Assembly: GCA_963843975.1 (NCBI GenBank)
Contig: CAWJMG010000003.1
Coordinates: 1,890,001 to 1,922,000 of the forward strand
From: an uncultured Actinomycetes bacterium
Lineage (GTDB): Bacteria; Actinomycetota; Actinomycetes; S36-B12; CAIYMF01
Direction: 5' to 3'
Length of the DNA stretch: 32,000 bases
The notes under the pieces were generated by a model. That model was given only the letters and a program-made list of their open reading frames with translations. It searched no databases and was not told the DNA's origin. Positions 6,685 through 19,683 of this stretch are shown one piece after another. Both the position numbers and the translations under genes were made by a program. Within the stretch, counting starts at the first letter, position 1. Each line of letters starts with the position of its first letter.

Positions 6685-8835
6685 CTAGGCCGGATCGTCG
6701 GGATCGGTTGCGCCCGTTGGGGTCTCGCCGCGAACGAGGGCGAGGATCGCGTCGCCGTAGGCGGTGAGCTTGCGGGCTCCGACCCCGGGGACGCCGAGGA
6801 GGGCGCGGGAATCCGACGGGAGCAGCGTGGCGACCTGCTCGAGCGTGGCGTCGGTGAACACGACGTACGCCGGGACGGACTGCCGCGACGCCTCGTCCGC
6901 CCGCCAGGCCTTCAGCCGCTCGAAAAGGCTCTCGTCGTACGACGCCGGGCACGTGCCGCAGCGGCCGCGCGCGGACTCCTGTCCGGACACGAGGGCCTTG
7001 CCGCAGACCCGGCAGGTGTTGGGGGCCTTGACCCGCTTCTCACGCGTGGTGGTGCCGCTGCCGCGGACGAACCCGCCGCCGCTGCCGCGCGAGGAGGGGT
7101 CGTCACCGGCGACGGCGTCGAGGAACGGCGAGCGGTCGCGGCGGCCGCGGCCGGAGCGGCTGCGCGCCCACGACAGCGCGAGGTGCGTGCGGGCGCGGGT
7201 GCAGGCGACGTAGAAGAGGCGGCGCTCCTCCTCCACCCGCGCGGGGGTGTCGGCGTGCTGGATCGGGAAGGTGCCCTGCACGAGCCCGACGACGAACACG
7301 GAGTCCCACTCGAGGCCCTTGGCCGCGTGCACGGTCGAGAGCGTGACGCCGTCGGCGGCGGGCGCGGCCTGCACCGTAGCGCGCTGGTCGAGGTCGGCCA
7401 CGAGGGCGGTGAGGGTGGCCGCGGGGTCGGCAGCAGCCAGGTCGTCGGCGAGGGTGACGAGGCGGAGCAGGTTCTCCCACCGCTCGCGCACGGCACCCTG
7501 CCCGCTCGGCGGCTCTTGCGACCAGTTCATGGCCGACAGCACCGACCGGACGTCGGAGCCGAGGTCGCCGGATCCCTCGCCGCCGCGAGCTGCCCCGCGC
7601 AGGCGGGTGAGCGCCTCGCGCACCTCGCCGCGCTCGAAGAACGCCGACTCCCCGCGCAGGACGTACGGGAGCCCCGCCTCGGCCAGCGCCTCCTCGAACA
7701 CCTCCGACTGCGCGTTGATGCGGTAGAGCACCGCGATCTCGCGCGGCTGCGTGCCCGAGGCGACGAGGCGCTTCACGGCTGCCGCGACGCCGGCCGCCTC
7801 CGAGGGCTCGTCGTCGTACGACGTGATCCGGGGCTCGGCGCCGTCCGGTCGCATCGCGGTGAGCTCGAGCCGCAGCTTCGCCTCGGCGCCGGTGGCGCTC
7901 GCGAGCACCTTGTTGGCGAGGCCGACCACCTGCGGAGTCGACCGATACGAGCGGACGAGGCGCACCTCGGTGGCGTGCGGGAAGCGGGTGCGGAAGTCCA
8001 GGAGGTACGACGAGCTCGCGCCCGTGAACGTGTAGATCGTCTGGCTCGCGTCGCCGACGACGCAGAGCTCGTCGCGGTCGCCGAGCCAGAGGTCGAGCAG
8101 CCGCTGCTGCAGCGGGTTGACGTCCTGGTACTCGTCGACGGTGAACCAGCGGTACTGCGAGCGCACCTCCTCGGCGATGTCGAGGCGGGTGTCGAGCATG
8201 CCGACCGTGAGCAGCAGGACGTCCTCGAAGTCGATGAGCCCCGCGGTGGTCTTGTTCTCGTCGTACGCCGCGTAGAGCGTGGCGACGTCGTCGAGGCTCA
8301 GCGAGCCGGGCGGCTCGCGGCGCATGCGCAGCGCGGTGGCGGCGTAGTCGGCGGCGACGACCTGGCTGGCCTTGGCCCACTCGATCTCTGCGGCGACGTC
8401 GCGCGCGAGGGTCGGGTCGTTCCACCCGCCACGGCGCAGCACCGGCCCCAGCACGCGGGCCTTGCTCGGCAGGATCTCGGGGGCCGCACCCCCGACCACA
8501 CGAGGCCAGAAGTACCGCAGCTGGCGCAGGGCGGCCGAGTGGAAGGTGCGCGCCTGCACCCCCTCGACGCCGAGCTGGGCGAGGCGGTGGCGCATCTCGC
8601 CAGCCGCCCGCGAGGTGAACGTGACGGCGAGCGTGCGGCGCGGGTCGTGCCGACCCGTGAGCACGCCGTGGGCAATGCGGTGGGTGATCGCGCGGGTCTT
8701 GCCCGTGCCGGCGCCTGCGAGCACCACGACCGGCCCGGACAGGGCCAGGGCCACCTCGCGCTGCTCGGGGTCGAGCGCGGCGAGCACGGCCTCGGCGCTG
8801 CCGGGGACCGCCGTGCCAGGCAGGAGCTCGCTCAC
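6685..8835 (-). CDS. uvrD2: ATP-dependent DNA helicase UvrD2 (SF1 helicase + tetra-Cys + HRDC-like C-terminus)
   Basis: 716 aa with a GTG start. Walker A GAGTGKT, DEYQD, KGLEW, YVACTRAR and a tetra-Cys CRVCGK...CGTC are followed by the HRDC-like VPAYVVFTDATLEQVA...GVGARKL. Synteny with whiB7 and mycoredoxin supports the call. Confidence 0.9.
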   Translation of the reverse strand: MSELLPGTAVPGSAEAVLAALDPEQREVALALSGPVVVLAGAGTGKTRAITHRIAHGVLTGRHDPRRTLAVTFTSRAAGEMRHRLAQLGVEGVQARTFHSAALRQLRYFWPRVVGGAAPEILPSKARVLGPVLRRGGWNDPTLARDVAAEIEWAKASQVVAADYAATALRMRREPPGSLSLDDVATLYAAYDENKTTAGLIDFEDVLLLTVGMLDTRLDIAEEVRSQYRWFTVDEYQDVNPLQQRLLDLWLGDRDELCVVGDASQTIYTFTGASSSYLLDFRTRFPHATEVRLVRSYRSTPQVVGLANKVLASATGAEAKLRLELTAMRPDGAEPRITSYDDEPSEAAGVAAAVKRLVASGTQPREIAVLYRINAQSEVFEEALAEAGLPYVLRGESAFFERGEVREALTRLRGAARGGEGSGDLGSDVRSVLSAMNWSQEPPSGQGAVRERWENLLRLVTLADDLAAADPAATLTALVADLDQRATVQAAPAADGVTLSTVHAAKGLEWDSVFVVGLVQGTFPIQHADTPARVEEERRLFYVACTRARTHLALSWARSRSGRGRRDRSPFLDAVAGDDPSSRGSGGGFVRGSGTTTREKRVKAPNTCRVCGKALVSGQESARGRCGTCPASYDESLFERLKAWRADEASRQSVPAYVVFTDATLEQVATLLPSDSRALLGVPGVGARKLTAYGDAILALVRGETPTGATDPDDPA

Positions 8836-8964
8836 GCCGTGATCCTGTCACCCGCCCACGACGGAGCCGAACGGGCGAGCAGACCCCGGGTCGGGAACAC
8901 TGGACCGCGCTGGGTGGTTGCTGCAGGCGACCACGCCGACCGACGAACGAGGAGCACGACCGAG

Positions 8965-12022
<3,058 letters not shown>

Positions 12023-12031
12023 TCGATCGAC

Positions 12032-12068
12032 CCGAACGGCCCGGCGACCCTGTCGCCGGGCCGTTCGG
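12032..12068. terminator. Bidirectional stem-loop between convergent katG and nagB (first of two)
   Basis: CCGAACGGCCCGGCGAC-CCT-GTCGCCGGGCCGTTCGG forms a perfect 17-bp stem. Confidence 0.65.
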
Positions 12069-12087
12069 CGTCGGGCTCCAGGACGAA

Positions 12088-12123
12088 GGAGGGAGGTCCG
12101 GGCTGCTCCCCGGACCTCCCTCC
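12088..12123. terminator. Second stem-loop between katG and nagB
   Basis: GGAGGGAGGTCCGGG-CTGCTC-CCCGGACCTCCCTCC forms a perfect 15-bp stem. Confidence 0.65.
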
Positions 12124-12137
12124 CGTACCCGGGCTCG

Positions 12138-12923
12138 TCAGCCCGGGAGTCGAAGCCCCGCTGCGGACGCGTCGTAGTAGGCGCGGTTGCGCAGCTGGGA
12201 CGCCGCCTCCTCGTCGAGGACGGCGACGGCGTCCGTGTGCCACTGCAGGACGGACGCCGGGCAGGAGGCCGTGAGCGGCCCCTCGAGCGCGGCCGCGACG
12301 GCGCCCGCCTTGGCCGCGCCGGTGGCGACGAGGACGAGGCTGCGCGCCCGCAGGATCGTGCCGAGGCCCTGGGTGAGGCAGTGGGTCGGGACGTCGTCCG
12401 GCGAGGCGAAGAAGCGCGCGTTGTCCGCGCGCGTGCGGTCCGAGAGTCGCTTGACCCGCGTGCGCGAGGCGAGCGCCGAGCCCGGCTCGTTGAACCCGAG
12501 GTGGCCGTTGGCGCCGATGCCGAGGATCTGCACGTCGACGCCGCCGAGCGACTCGATGAGCGCCTCGTACGCGGCCGCCGCAGCCGTGAGCGCCTCGAGG
12601 TCGGCGCCGGACCCGTCGGGCACGTGCAGCCGCGCGCGGTCGAGCCGGACGACGTCGCACACCTCGCGCTCGAGCACCGCGCGGTACGACTCGCGGTGCC
12701 CGGCCGGGAGGCCGACGTACTCGTCGAGGGCGACGCCGCTGAGGTCGTCGACGCGGAGCCTTCCCGCGCGGGCGGCGTCGCCGAGGCGGCGGAACAGCCC
12801 CAGCGGCGACGAGCCCGTGGCCAGTCCGAGGACGGGCGGGCGCGTGGCCGGCAGGGAGTCGACGACGATGCCCGCGGCGACGTCGGCCACGGCGTCCGGT
12901 GTCGCGACGATCAAGACCTCCAT
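12138..12923 (-). CDS. nagB: Glucosamine-6-phosphate deaminase
   Basis: 261 aa from ATG 12923 (MEVLIVATPD...), with GLATGSSP, GIGANGHLGFNEPG and LVATGAAKA. The upstream part of the 483-aa track ORF is shadow. Confidence 0.9.
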   Translation of the reverse strand: MEVLIVATPDAVADVAAGIVVDSLPATRPPVLGLATGSSPLGLFRRLGDAARAGRLRVDDLSGVALDEYVGLPAGHRESYRAVLEREVCDVVRLDRARLHVPDGSGADLEALTAAAAAYEALIESLGGVDVQILGIGANGHLGFNEPGSALASRTRVKRLSDRTRADNARFFASPDDVPTHCLTQGLGTILRARSLVLVATGAAKAGAVAAALEGPLTASCPASVLQWHTDAVAVLDEEAASQLRNRAYYDASAAGLRLPG

Positions 12924-13839
12924 GCGCCACCCCCCGCGTGGTCGACGGCAGGCTCGAGCCGCGCAGCCCCTATCGCGGCCACGGGCACACCCGCCGGCAG
13001 GAACGACACGCGGTCGACCAGCGCGAGCGAGGCGAGGAACGGCGACCGGTCGGCCCGCTGCGCGAGCTCGGTACGGATGGCGGAGAGCAGCGGCTGGCCC
13101 ATCGCCGTGAGCCCGCCGCTCATGACGACGCTCTGCGCCCCCGAGGCGAGCACCAGCACCTGCACAGCGAGAGCCACTCCCCCGCAGACCGACTCGGCCG
13201 CGAGCGCTGCGCCGGCGACACCGCGGGCGGCGGCGCCCACGACGTCGAAGTCGTACGCCGGAGCCTCCGGCCACATCCGCAGCAGCGCGGACCCCGATGC
13301 GAGCGTCTCGAGGCAGCCGGTCTGGCCGCAGGCGCACACGACGTCGCCGCCGAACGGCAGGTGGCCGATCTCGCCGGCCACGCCGTCGACGCCGCGCACG
13401 ACCTCGCCCGCGTGGACGACGGCGGCGGCGAGACCCGTGCCGAGGTTGAGGTAGGCGAGCGTCCCGGCGGCACCGAGCCCGCTGAGGTGGTGCGCGCCGA
13501 GCGCCGCGGCCTTCACGTCGTTCTCGACAGCCACGGCGACGCCCAGCGCTGACCCGAGCGCTCGGCGGCGAGGTCGAGGTGCTCGACATCGAGATTCACG
13601 GCGTGCCGGACAGTCCCGGCCACGGGGTCGACGAGCCCGGGCATGCAGGCCCCGGCGGACTCGAGGGCCGGTGCGCCGTCGACCTGGGCGAGCGCCTCCG
13701 TGGCCACGCGCGTCGCCTGCGCGACCACGTCGGCGGCGCCACGGCCTGAGGCCGCCGACGCCTGGGCGAGCACGTCGCCGTCGAGGCCGAGGATGACGGC
13801 GGCCGTCTTCGTGCCCCCGATATCGACCCCGAGCCTCAC
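12911..13839 (-). pseudogene. ROK family sugar kinase (N-acetylglucosamine kinase-like), reading frame interrupted
   Basis: The N-terminal ~90 aa (VRLGVDIGGTKTAAV...AVNLDVEHLDLAAE) lie in the frame that stops at 13513. The rest (ALGSALGVAVAVENDVKAAALG...CACGQTGCLE...) lies in the 12911..14287 frame. The span is 929 nt (3n+2). GTG 13839 overlaps the GH3 stop (GTGA). Confidence 0.7.
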
Positions 13840-15249
13840 GACGGGGCCCCCTGACCGATGAGGGCGACGAGGGAGCGCGCCACCTCGGGCGAGCCGCCCC
13901 AGGTGACGATGTCGGGCTGCGCTCCGGTGCGCGGCCAGCCGCACTCCACGAGGACCACGTCCTTGCCCTGGGCGGTGAGGCGGGCGGCGACGTCCCACGC
14001 CGGGTGCCCGGGGGCGAGGGCCCGGCCGACGACGGCGACCCGCACGGCTGCTGCCGCGTCGGACTCGGCCACCGCCGCACCGACCGACGCGGGCCCCCAC
14101 GGGACCTGGCCGACGGCGAGATTGCTGCTCGTGTCGACCTGCACGATGACTGCCGATCCGGTGCGCCCCAGCCACTCTCGCGCATGCTCGGAGATCCGGA
14201 ACGCAGCCGTGGCATCCACCACGCCGACGTTCGGCGCGGGCGGCACGTGCTCGGCGACGACCCACGCGTCGGCGAGCGCATCGACACGGGCGGCCGCGTC
14301 GCGCAGCCGCTCCTCCGCGAGGCGACCTCCCTCGACGGCGACGACCACAGCGGCGACGATCTGCTCGACGAGAGCGGGGTCGGTGTCGGAGCCGAGGCAG
14401 AGGAGGTCGCAGCCGGCCGCGAGCGCGCGCACCGCGGCCTCGGGGATGCCGGTCTCGGCCGACGCCCCCGCCATGTCGAGGGCGTCGGTGACGACGACGC
14501 CGTCGAAGCCCAGCTCTCCGCGCAGCACGTCCTGCAGCAGTGCAGCGGAGAAGGTGCCGGGGTTGTCCGGGTCGACCGAGGGCACGACGATCGCGGCGGT
14601 CATCACGCAGGCCGTGCTCGCCTCGACCGCGGCGCGGAAGGGCCGGAGCTCGCGGTCGCGCACGACGTCCGCCGGCACATCCACCACGGGCAGCGCGAGA
14701 TGCGAGTCGGTCGTGGTGTCGCCGTGACCCGGGAAGTGCTTGGCGCAGGCGGCGATTCCGCCACCCTGCAGCCCACGCGTCCAGGCACCGGTGTGCCGCG
14801 CGACGAGCCCGGCATCGGCGCCGAAGCTGCGCGTGCCGATCACGGGGTTGTCGTCCGAGGAGTTCACGTCGACCACGGGCGCGAGGTCGAGGTCGATGCC
14901 GACCTCGCGCAGGTCTGCCGCGATGCGGGCCGCCTCCTGCGCCGTCACGGCCAGGTCGTCGAGCCGGCCGAGGACAGCGTTGCCGACGTACGGCGAGCCC
15001 GTCCGGTAGTGCAGGCGCGTGACGTCGCCGCCTTCCTCGTCCACCGCGAGGACGACGCGGGCCGAGCGCGAGCGCAGGTCGGCGCAGAGGGTGCGGCAGC
15101 TGCTCGCGGCTCTCGACGTTCGAGCCGTAGAGGCAGACGGAGCCGAGGCCGTCGCGCAGGTGGGCGTCGAGCCAGTCGGGCACGGCGGTGCCGGCAAATC
15201 CCGGCATGAGGGTGCGCAGCACGAGCCCGCGCAGGTCGAGGGTCGTCAT
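13836..15249 (-). pseudogene. GH3 beta-N-acetylhexosaminidase (NagZ-like), reading frame interrupted
   Basis: The N-terminus MTTLDLRGLVLRTLMPGFAGTAVPDWLDAHLRDGLGSVCLYGSNVESREQL (ATG 15249) is in one frame. AVDEEGGDVTRL...KHFPGHGDTTTDSH...VVTDALDM is in the 13836..15197 frame. The span is 1414 nt (3n+1). Confidence 0.7.
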
Positions 15250-16089
15250 CTAGCCCTTCACCGCCCCGCCGACGAGCCCGCTGCTCATGCGGCCCTGCAC
15301 GATCATGAAGAAGATGATCACCGGGATCGCGACGAGCGCGGACGCAGCCATCACCTGGCCCCAGTCGGTCTCGCGCGTCGCGCTCGCCTGGACGAAGCCG
15401 CGCAGCCACAGGGGCAGGGTGCGCGACTGCTCCTCGGTCATCACCACGAGCGCGACGGTGAACTCGTTCCACGCCTGGAGGAACGCGTAGACCGCGGAGG
15501 CCACGAGTCCCGGGGCCAACAGCGGGAACGTGATCTTCAGGAACGCGCGGGTGCGCGAGAGCCCGTCGACCATCGCGGCCTCCTCGAGCTCGATCGGCAC
15601 GCCGGCGACGAAACCGCGCAGCATCCAGATCGTGAACGGGATGACGGCGGCGGCGTAGAGCACCGAGAGCCCGATGACGCTGTTGAGCTGGCCGATCGAC
15701 GACATCATCTTGTACTGGGCGATGAACAGGCCCTCAGCGGGAAGCATCTGGATCAGCAGCAGCGCCAGCACGAACGACGCCCGGCCGCGGAAGCGGAAGC
15801 GGCTCACGGCGAGGGCGCCGAAGAACGCGACTGCGATGGCCGCGACGACGGCGATGAGCGTCACCGCGAGCGACGTGGCCAGAGCCCGGCTGAAGCCGGA
15901 GTCGGAGATCACCGCCGAGAAGTTGTCGAACGACCCGCCGATGGGGAGGAACGACGGCGTCGTCGACTGCAGCCGCACGTTCGGCAGCAGCGAGGAGTTG
16001 ACCATCCAGTACACGGGGAACGCCCACGCGAGGGCGATCACGACCGCGAGCGCGGACCAGAGGCCCGAGCGCACCCTGCGCGCCGTCAC
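15250..16089 (-). CDS. Carbohydrate ABC transporter permease
   Basis: 279 aa from GTG 16089, which forms a GTGA overlap with the upstream permease stop. It has multiple TM segments and the EAA motif LEEAAMVDGLSRTRAFLKITFPLL. Confidence 0.9.
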   Translation of the reverse strand: MTARRVRSGLWSALAVVIALAWAFPVYWMVNSSLLPNVRLQSTTPSFLPIGGSFDNFSAVISDSGFSRALATSLAVTLIAVVAAIAVAFFGALAVSRFRFRGRASFVLALLLIQMLPAEGLFIAQYKMMSSIGQLNSVIGLSVLYAAAVIPFTIWMLRGFVAGVPIELEEAAMVDGLSRTRAFLKITFPLLAPGLVASAVYAFLQAWNEFTVALVVMTEEQSRTLPLWLRGFVQASATRETDWGQVMAASALVAIPVIIFFMIVQGRMSSGLVGGAVKG

Positions 16090-17111
16090 GACGCGTCCTC
16101 CTTCATGAGCGAGCGGACGTAGTACCAGCTCAGGGCGACGGTGAGCAGGAGCATGACGACCGACACCGCGCTCGACATACCGAAGTCGCCCTTGCCGGTG
16201 CCGAGCTGGTAGATGAACGTGCCGAGCAGGTTCGTCTCGTTCGCGAGGCCGCCGGCGTCCTGGAGCATCTTGATCTGGGTGAAGACGCGGAGGTCCCAGA
16301 TCAGCTGCAGCAGAAGGACGATCGAGATCACGGGAGCGATGAGCGGCAGGATCACGTAGCGCAGCCGCTGCCACCAGGACGCCCCGTCGAGCTGCGCGGC
16401 TTCGAGCACCTCGGTCGAGACCTGGGTGAGGCCGGCGTAGATGCTCAGCGCGACGAACGGCACGCTCATCCACACGACGATCACGCCGGCGACGACGAAG
16501 AACGAGAGCGGCTCGGCGAGCCAGTTGTGGCCGTCGGCGCCGTCGACTCCGACGCGGACGAGCAGCCAGTTGAGCAGGCCGCGTCGCCAGTCGACGATCC
16601 AGATCCACACGGTCATCGCCGCCACCACGGGCATCGCCCAGGCGAGCAGCAGCGAGACCTGCAGGACGATGCGCGCCGCGGTGCCGACCCGCTGCATGAG
16701 CAGGGCGAGCAGCCCGCCGATGGCCACGGTGAGCGCCGCGACGACGATGCAGAACACGAGCGAGCGTGCCACCACGGCCCACAGCGCCGGGTCGGTGACC
16801 AGGGTTCGGTAGTTCTCGAGCCAGACCCACTCGGGCGGCTGCCCGAACTGCTGGCGCAGGCCGTACTTCTGCAGGCTCGTGACGAGCTGCCAGCCGATCG
16901 GGTAGCCGAGCGCGGCGAGCAGGACGACGAGCGTCGGCAGGACGAGCAGCAGCGGGACGCGCGAGGTGCGGCGCCTGTTCGTCGGGATCGTGGCCATGCG
17001 GGCCGTCTTCCTCGCGGGTCTCGTCGGGATCTCAGGGGATGGTGCGGGCGGTGCGGTCGAGCGCGCCACGGCGGCCGGGGCCGGGGCCCCGGCCGCCGTG
17101 GACGGGCTCAC
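16086..17111 (-). CDS. Carbohydrate ABC transporter permease
   Basis: EAA motif LEAAQLDGASWWQRLRYVILPL and multiple TM segments. The start is GTG 17111 (GTGA overlap with the SBP stop; the extension has coding-like GC3) or ATG 16997 (AGGAAG 9 nt upstream). Confidence 0.85.
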   Translation of the reverse strand: MSPSTAAGAPAPAAVARSTAPPAPSPEIPTRPARKTARMATIPTNRRRTSRVPLLLVLPTLVVLLAALGYPIGWQLVTSLQKYGLRQQFGQPPEWVWLENYRTLVTDPALWAVVARSLVFCIVVAALTVAIGGLLALLMQRVGTAARIVLQVSLLLAWAMPVVAAMTVWIWIVDWRRGLLNWLLVRVGVDGADGHNWLAEPLSFFVVAGVIVVWMSVPFVALSIYAGLTQVSTEVLEAAQLDGASWWQRLRYVILPLIAPVISIVLLLQLIWDLRVFTQIKMLQDAGGLANETNLLGTFIYQLGTGKGDFGMSSAVSVVMLLLTVALSWYYVRSLMKEDAS

Positions 17112-18478
17112 TTCTGGTTCAGCAGAGGCGTGATCTTGGCGTCGTACTCCGTGGCGAGCGCCGACAGGTCGGCGGCGTCGCGGATCTTGCCGAAGAACTC
17201 CTCCATGAGCTGCGCGGACTCGACCGCGGCCCAGCCCGGCGCGGCCGGGGTCAGCTTGGAGTTGGACGCCGAGGCGATGAGGGCCTTGGCGAACTCGTCG
17301 TCGCCGAGCGAGCTGACGTAGTCGCTGTTGGCCGGGCCGAGGCCCGCACCGCCCAGCTTCTGCTGGTACTCGGCCGAGAACATGATGCGCAGGAGCTCAC
17401 GGGCGAGGTCCTGGTTCTTGCTCGTGGCCGAGATGCCGATGTTCGAGCCGCCGGCGAAGACCGGGGCGGGCTTGCCGTCGTTGCCCGGCAGGACGAACGT
17501 GCCGAACTTCGCCGGGTTCCACTCGCGGGTGTCCTTGCCGTCGACCTTCTTGAGGTCGCCGATCGACCAGTGCGCCCAGCCCGGGGCCATGATCGTGGCG
17601 GCGGCGAGCGAGGTCTTGCCGGTCACCTCGCCGTTGGCGTCGGTGATGGCGTCCGTGTCGTTGATGTAGAGCCAGGGCGACTGGTCCTTGGCGTCGGCCG
17701 GGGCCTTCGAGGCGGTCTTGTAGATCGCCTGCAGCTGGGCAAGACCCTTGAGGCTGTTGGCGTCCGCGAGCGTCGACACCCACTGGCCGTCGACCTTCTT
17801 GGCGAGGTCGCCGCCGTTGGCGAAGATCCACGAGATGCCGTTGCGCCAGTCCTGGCCGCCGATGAACAGGCCCGAGAAGTTCTTGATGTCGCGCGGGTTC
17901 TTCTCGGCGATCGTGGCGACCGCGCTGTTGAACTCGTCGAGGGTGGTCGGCGTCGCGACGCCGGCCTCCTTCCAGACGTCCGTGCGCATGAAGAGGTAGC
18001 GCGAGCCGAAGTAGTAGGGCAGCGCGTACTGCTTGCCGTCGACGCTGCCGGCGTCCACGAAGGACTGCAGCAGCTTGCTGCCGCCGAGCTCCTCGTACAT
18101 GTCGCTCACGTCCGCGAAGGCACCGACGTTGGTGAAGGTCGGGGCCTGCGTGTTGCCGAGCTCGACGACGTCAGGGGTGTTCTCGGCGTCCGGGAGCGAG
18201 GTCGTGAGCTTGGTGAGCAGGTCGCCCCACGACTGCTCCTCGATGGCGAGCGTGGCGCCCGTCTTGGCCTTGAACGTGTCCTTGAGGTAGGTCCGGAGCT
18301 CGTCCGGGGTGTCGCCGCCCGCCAGCCACAGCGTGATGGTGCGGCTGGAGTTGTCGGCGCTCGAGGCAGGTGCGGAGGGAGTGCTGCTGGTGCCCGTGCC
18401 ACTGCTGCCGCTGCTGCAGGCAGTGAGCGCGAGGACCGCGGCGGCGGACGCGGCCGCCAGGCCGAGGAGCTTGTTCAT
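17108..18478 (-). CDS. ABC transporter sugar-binding lipoprotein
   Basis: ATG 18478 gives MNKLLGLAAASAAAVLALTAC, a signal peptide with a lipobox, followed by a Ser/Gly/Thr linker and a family-1 SBP-like body. The position upstream of two permeases supports the call. Confidence 0.9.
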   Translation of the reverse strand: MNKLLGLAAASAAAVLALTACSSGSSGTGTSSTPSAPASSADNSSRTITLWLAGGDTPDELRTYLKDTFKAKTGATLAIEEQSWGDLLTKLTTSLPDAENTPDVVELGNTQAPTFTNVGAFADVSDMYEELGGSKLLQSFVDAGSVDGKQYALPYYFGSRYLFMRTDVWKEAGVATPTTLDEFNSAVATIAEKNPRDIKNFSGLFIGGQDWRNGISWIFANGGDLAKKVDGQWVSTLADANSLKGLAQLQAIYKTASKAPADAKDQSPWLYINDTDAITDANGEVTGKTSLAAATIMAPGWAHWSIGDLKKVDGKDTREWNPAKFGTFVLPGNDGKPAPVFAGGSNIGISATSKNQDLARELLRIMFSAEYQQKLGGAGLGPANSDYVSSLGDDEFAKALIASASNSKLTPAAPGWAAVESAQLMEEFFGKIRDAADLSALATEYDAKITPLLNQK

Positions 18479-18549
18479 GACGAGGTCATCCATTCGGGAT
18501 GGGCCGCCGGGGCGGCCGAGCTGGTTCGAGTCCTTGCTGCTCGGTGGAT

Positions 18550-19680
18550 TCAGGCCACCCCCCACTGGTCCCAGAGGACCAGCACTGCAGCCCCGCGCAG
18601 GACGATGTCCTCCGGCTGCGTCGCAACGCGTACCTCGAGTGCTGAGGCGTTGCGCGCGAGCATCCGGCGTCGCAGGGTCTCGTCCACGGCTCGGAGCAGC
18701 GGGCCGTCGACAAGTTCGTGGGGGCCGGCGAGCACGACCTCGGACAGGTCGAGCGCGGCCACGACGGGAGCCAGCGCGATGGCGAGGCGTTCGCCCGCCT
18801 CGCGCAGCGTCCCGTCGGAGTCCGTGGCGCTGTCGGCGATCGCCTTCTGCAGCCGCGGAGCGGAGATCCAGGTCTCGAGGCAGCCGACGTTGCCGCAGCT
18901 GCAGGTCTCGCCGCCGTCGGTGCCGACGGTGACGTGGCCGATCTCGCCGGCTGCGAAGTGCGCACCGCGGACGCGCTGGCCGTCGACGATCAGGCCGCAG
19001 CCGACACCGAGGCCGAGGCGGACGAGGATCAGGTCGTCGCCGCCGGCGCCGAGCGTGTGCTCGGCATGCACGGCGGCGTCGGCGTCATTGCAGACGAGCA
19101 CCGGGAGGCCGGTGGCCTCGGCGAGGAGCGCACGCAGCGGGACGTCGGCCCAGCCGAGGTTGGGCGCGGTGAGCACGTCGCCGTCGGGGCCGACGACGCC
19201 GGGCGTGCCGACGCCGATGCCGAGCAGCGGTGCCGTGGCGAGCGCGACGGCGTCCGCCACGAGCGCGAGGACGTCGGCGAGGACGTCCGGGCCGGCGGCC
19301 GAGCGGCCGAGCGGCCGCTCGGTGCGGTGCAGCACCGTGCCGTCGAGGTCGAGGACCGCAGCCCGCAGCGCCTCGTGGGCGGTGAGGTCGACCCCGACCA
19401 CCTGCAGGCCCGTGCGGTTGACGTCGACGAGCGTGGCCGGCTTGCCCGGGCGCACGGCGTCCGACTGCCCCCGCTCGACGGCCTGGCCGCGCTCGAGCAG
19501 GACCGAGACGAGGTCCGACACGGTCACCTTGGTGAGCTGCAGCTGGCGGGCCAGGTCGGCCCGGCTCATCGGCCCCCCGGTGTAGAGCGCCTGGAGCACC
19601 AGCGACAGGTTCTGCCGGCGCCCGTCGGCGGGCAGGACGGCGCTGTCGTGCTGGAGACGACGCGGGGACCGGGTGGACAT
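18550..19680 (-). CDS. ROK family transcriptional repressor (NagC/Mlc-like)
   Basis: 376 aa. N-terminal wHTH (MSRADLARQLQLTKVTVSDLVSVLLERG) plus a ROK sugar-kinase-like domain with CSCGNVGCLE. Confidence 0.85.
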   Translation of the reverse strand: MSTRSPRRLQHDSAVLPADGRRQNLSLVLQALYTGGPMSRADLARQLQLTKVTVSDLVSVLLERGQAVERGQSDAVRPGKPATLVDVNRTGLQVVGVDLTAHEALRAAVLDLDGTVLHRTERPLGRSAAGPDVLADVLALVADAVALATAPLLGIGVGTPGVVGPDGDVLTAPNLGWADVPLRALLAEATGLPVLVCNDADAAVHAEHTLGAGGDDLILVRLGLGVGCGLIVDGQRVRGAHFAAGEIGHVTVGTDGGETCSCGNVGCLETWISAPRLQKAIADSATDSDGTLREAGERLAIALAPVVAALDLSEVVLAGPHELVDGPLLRAVDETLRRRMLARNASALEVRVATQPEDIVLRGAAVLVLWDQWGVA

Positions 19681-19683
19681 GGC

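Noticed and set aside
6364-8964. N-terminal ~870 aa of the 948-aa plus-strand ORF ending at 9210
   Set aside because: Only the last 81 aa (from ATG 8965, with an SD) form a coherent CGYC mycoredoxin. The rest is the shadow of uvrD2 on the opposite strand.
12128-12147. Third palindrome CCCGGGCT-CGTC-AGCCCGGG next to the two katG/nagB terminators
   Set aside because: It overlaps the last codons and stop of nagB (…LPG*), so it is more likely coding-constrained than an independent terminator.
13513-15249. 578-aa minus-strand ORF that looks like one large protein
   Set aside because: It is a chimera of one open frame. Only its first ~50 aa (the GH3 N-terminus) and last ~90 aa (the ROK kinase N-terminus) make sense; the middle is out of frame relative to the GH3 body.
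18523-18533. GGTTCGAGTCC, identical to a tRNA T-loop consensus
   Set aside because: The flanking bases cannot form a T-stem (GCTGG vs CCTTG) and no acceptor or anticodon arms are present. It is a chance match in the regulator-SBP intergenic region.
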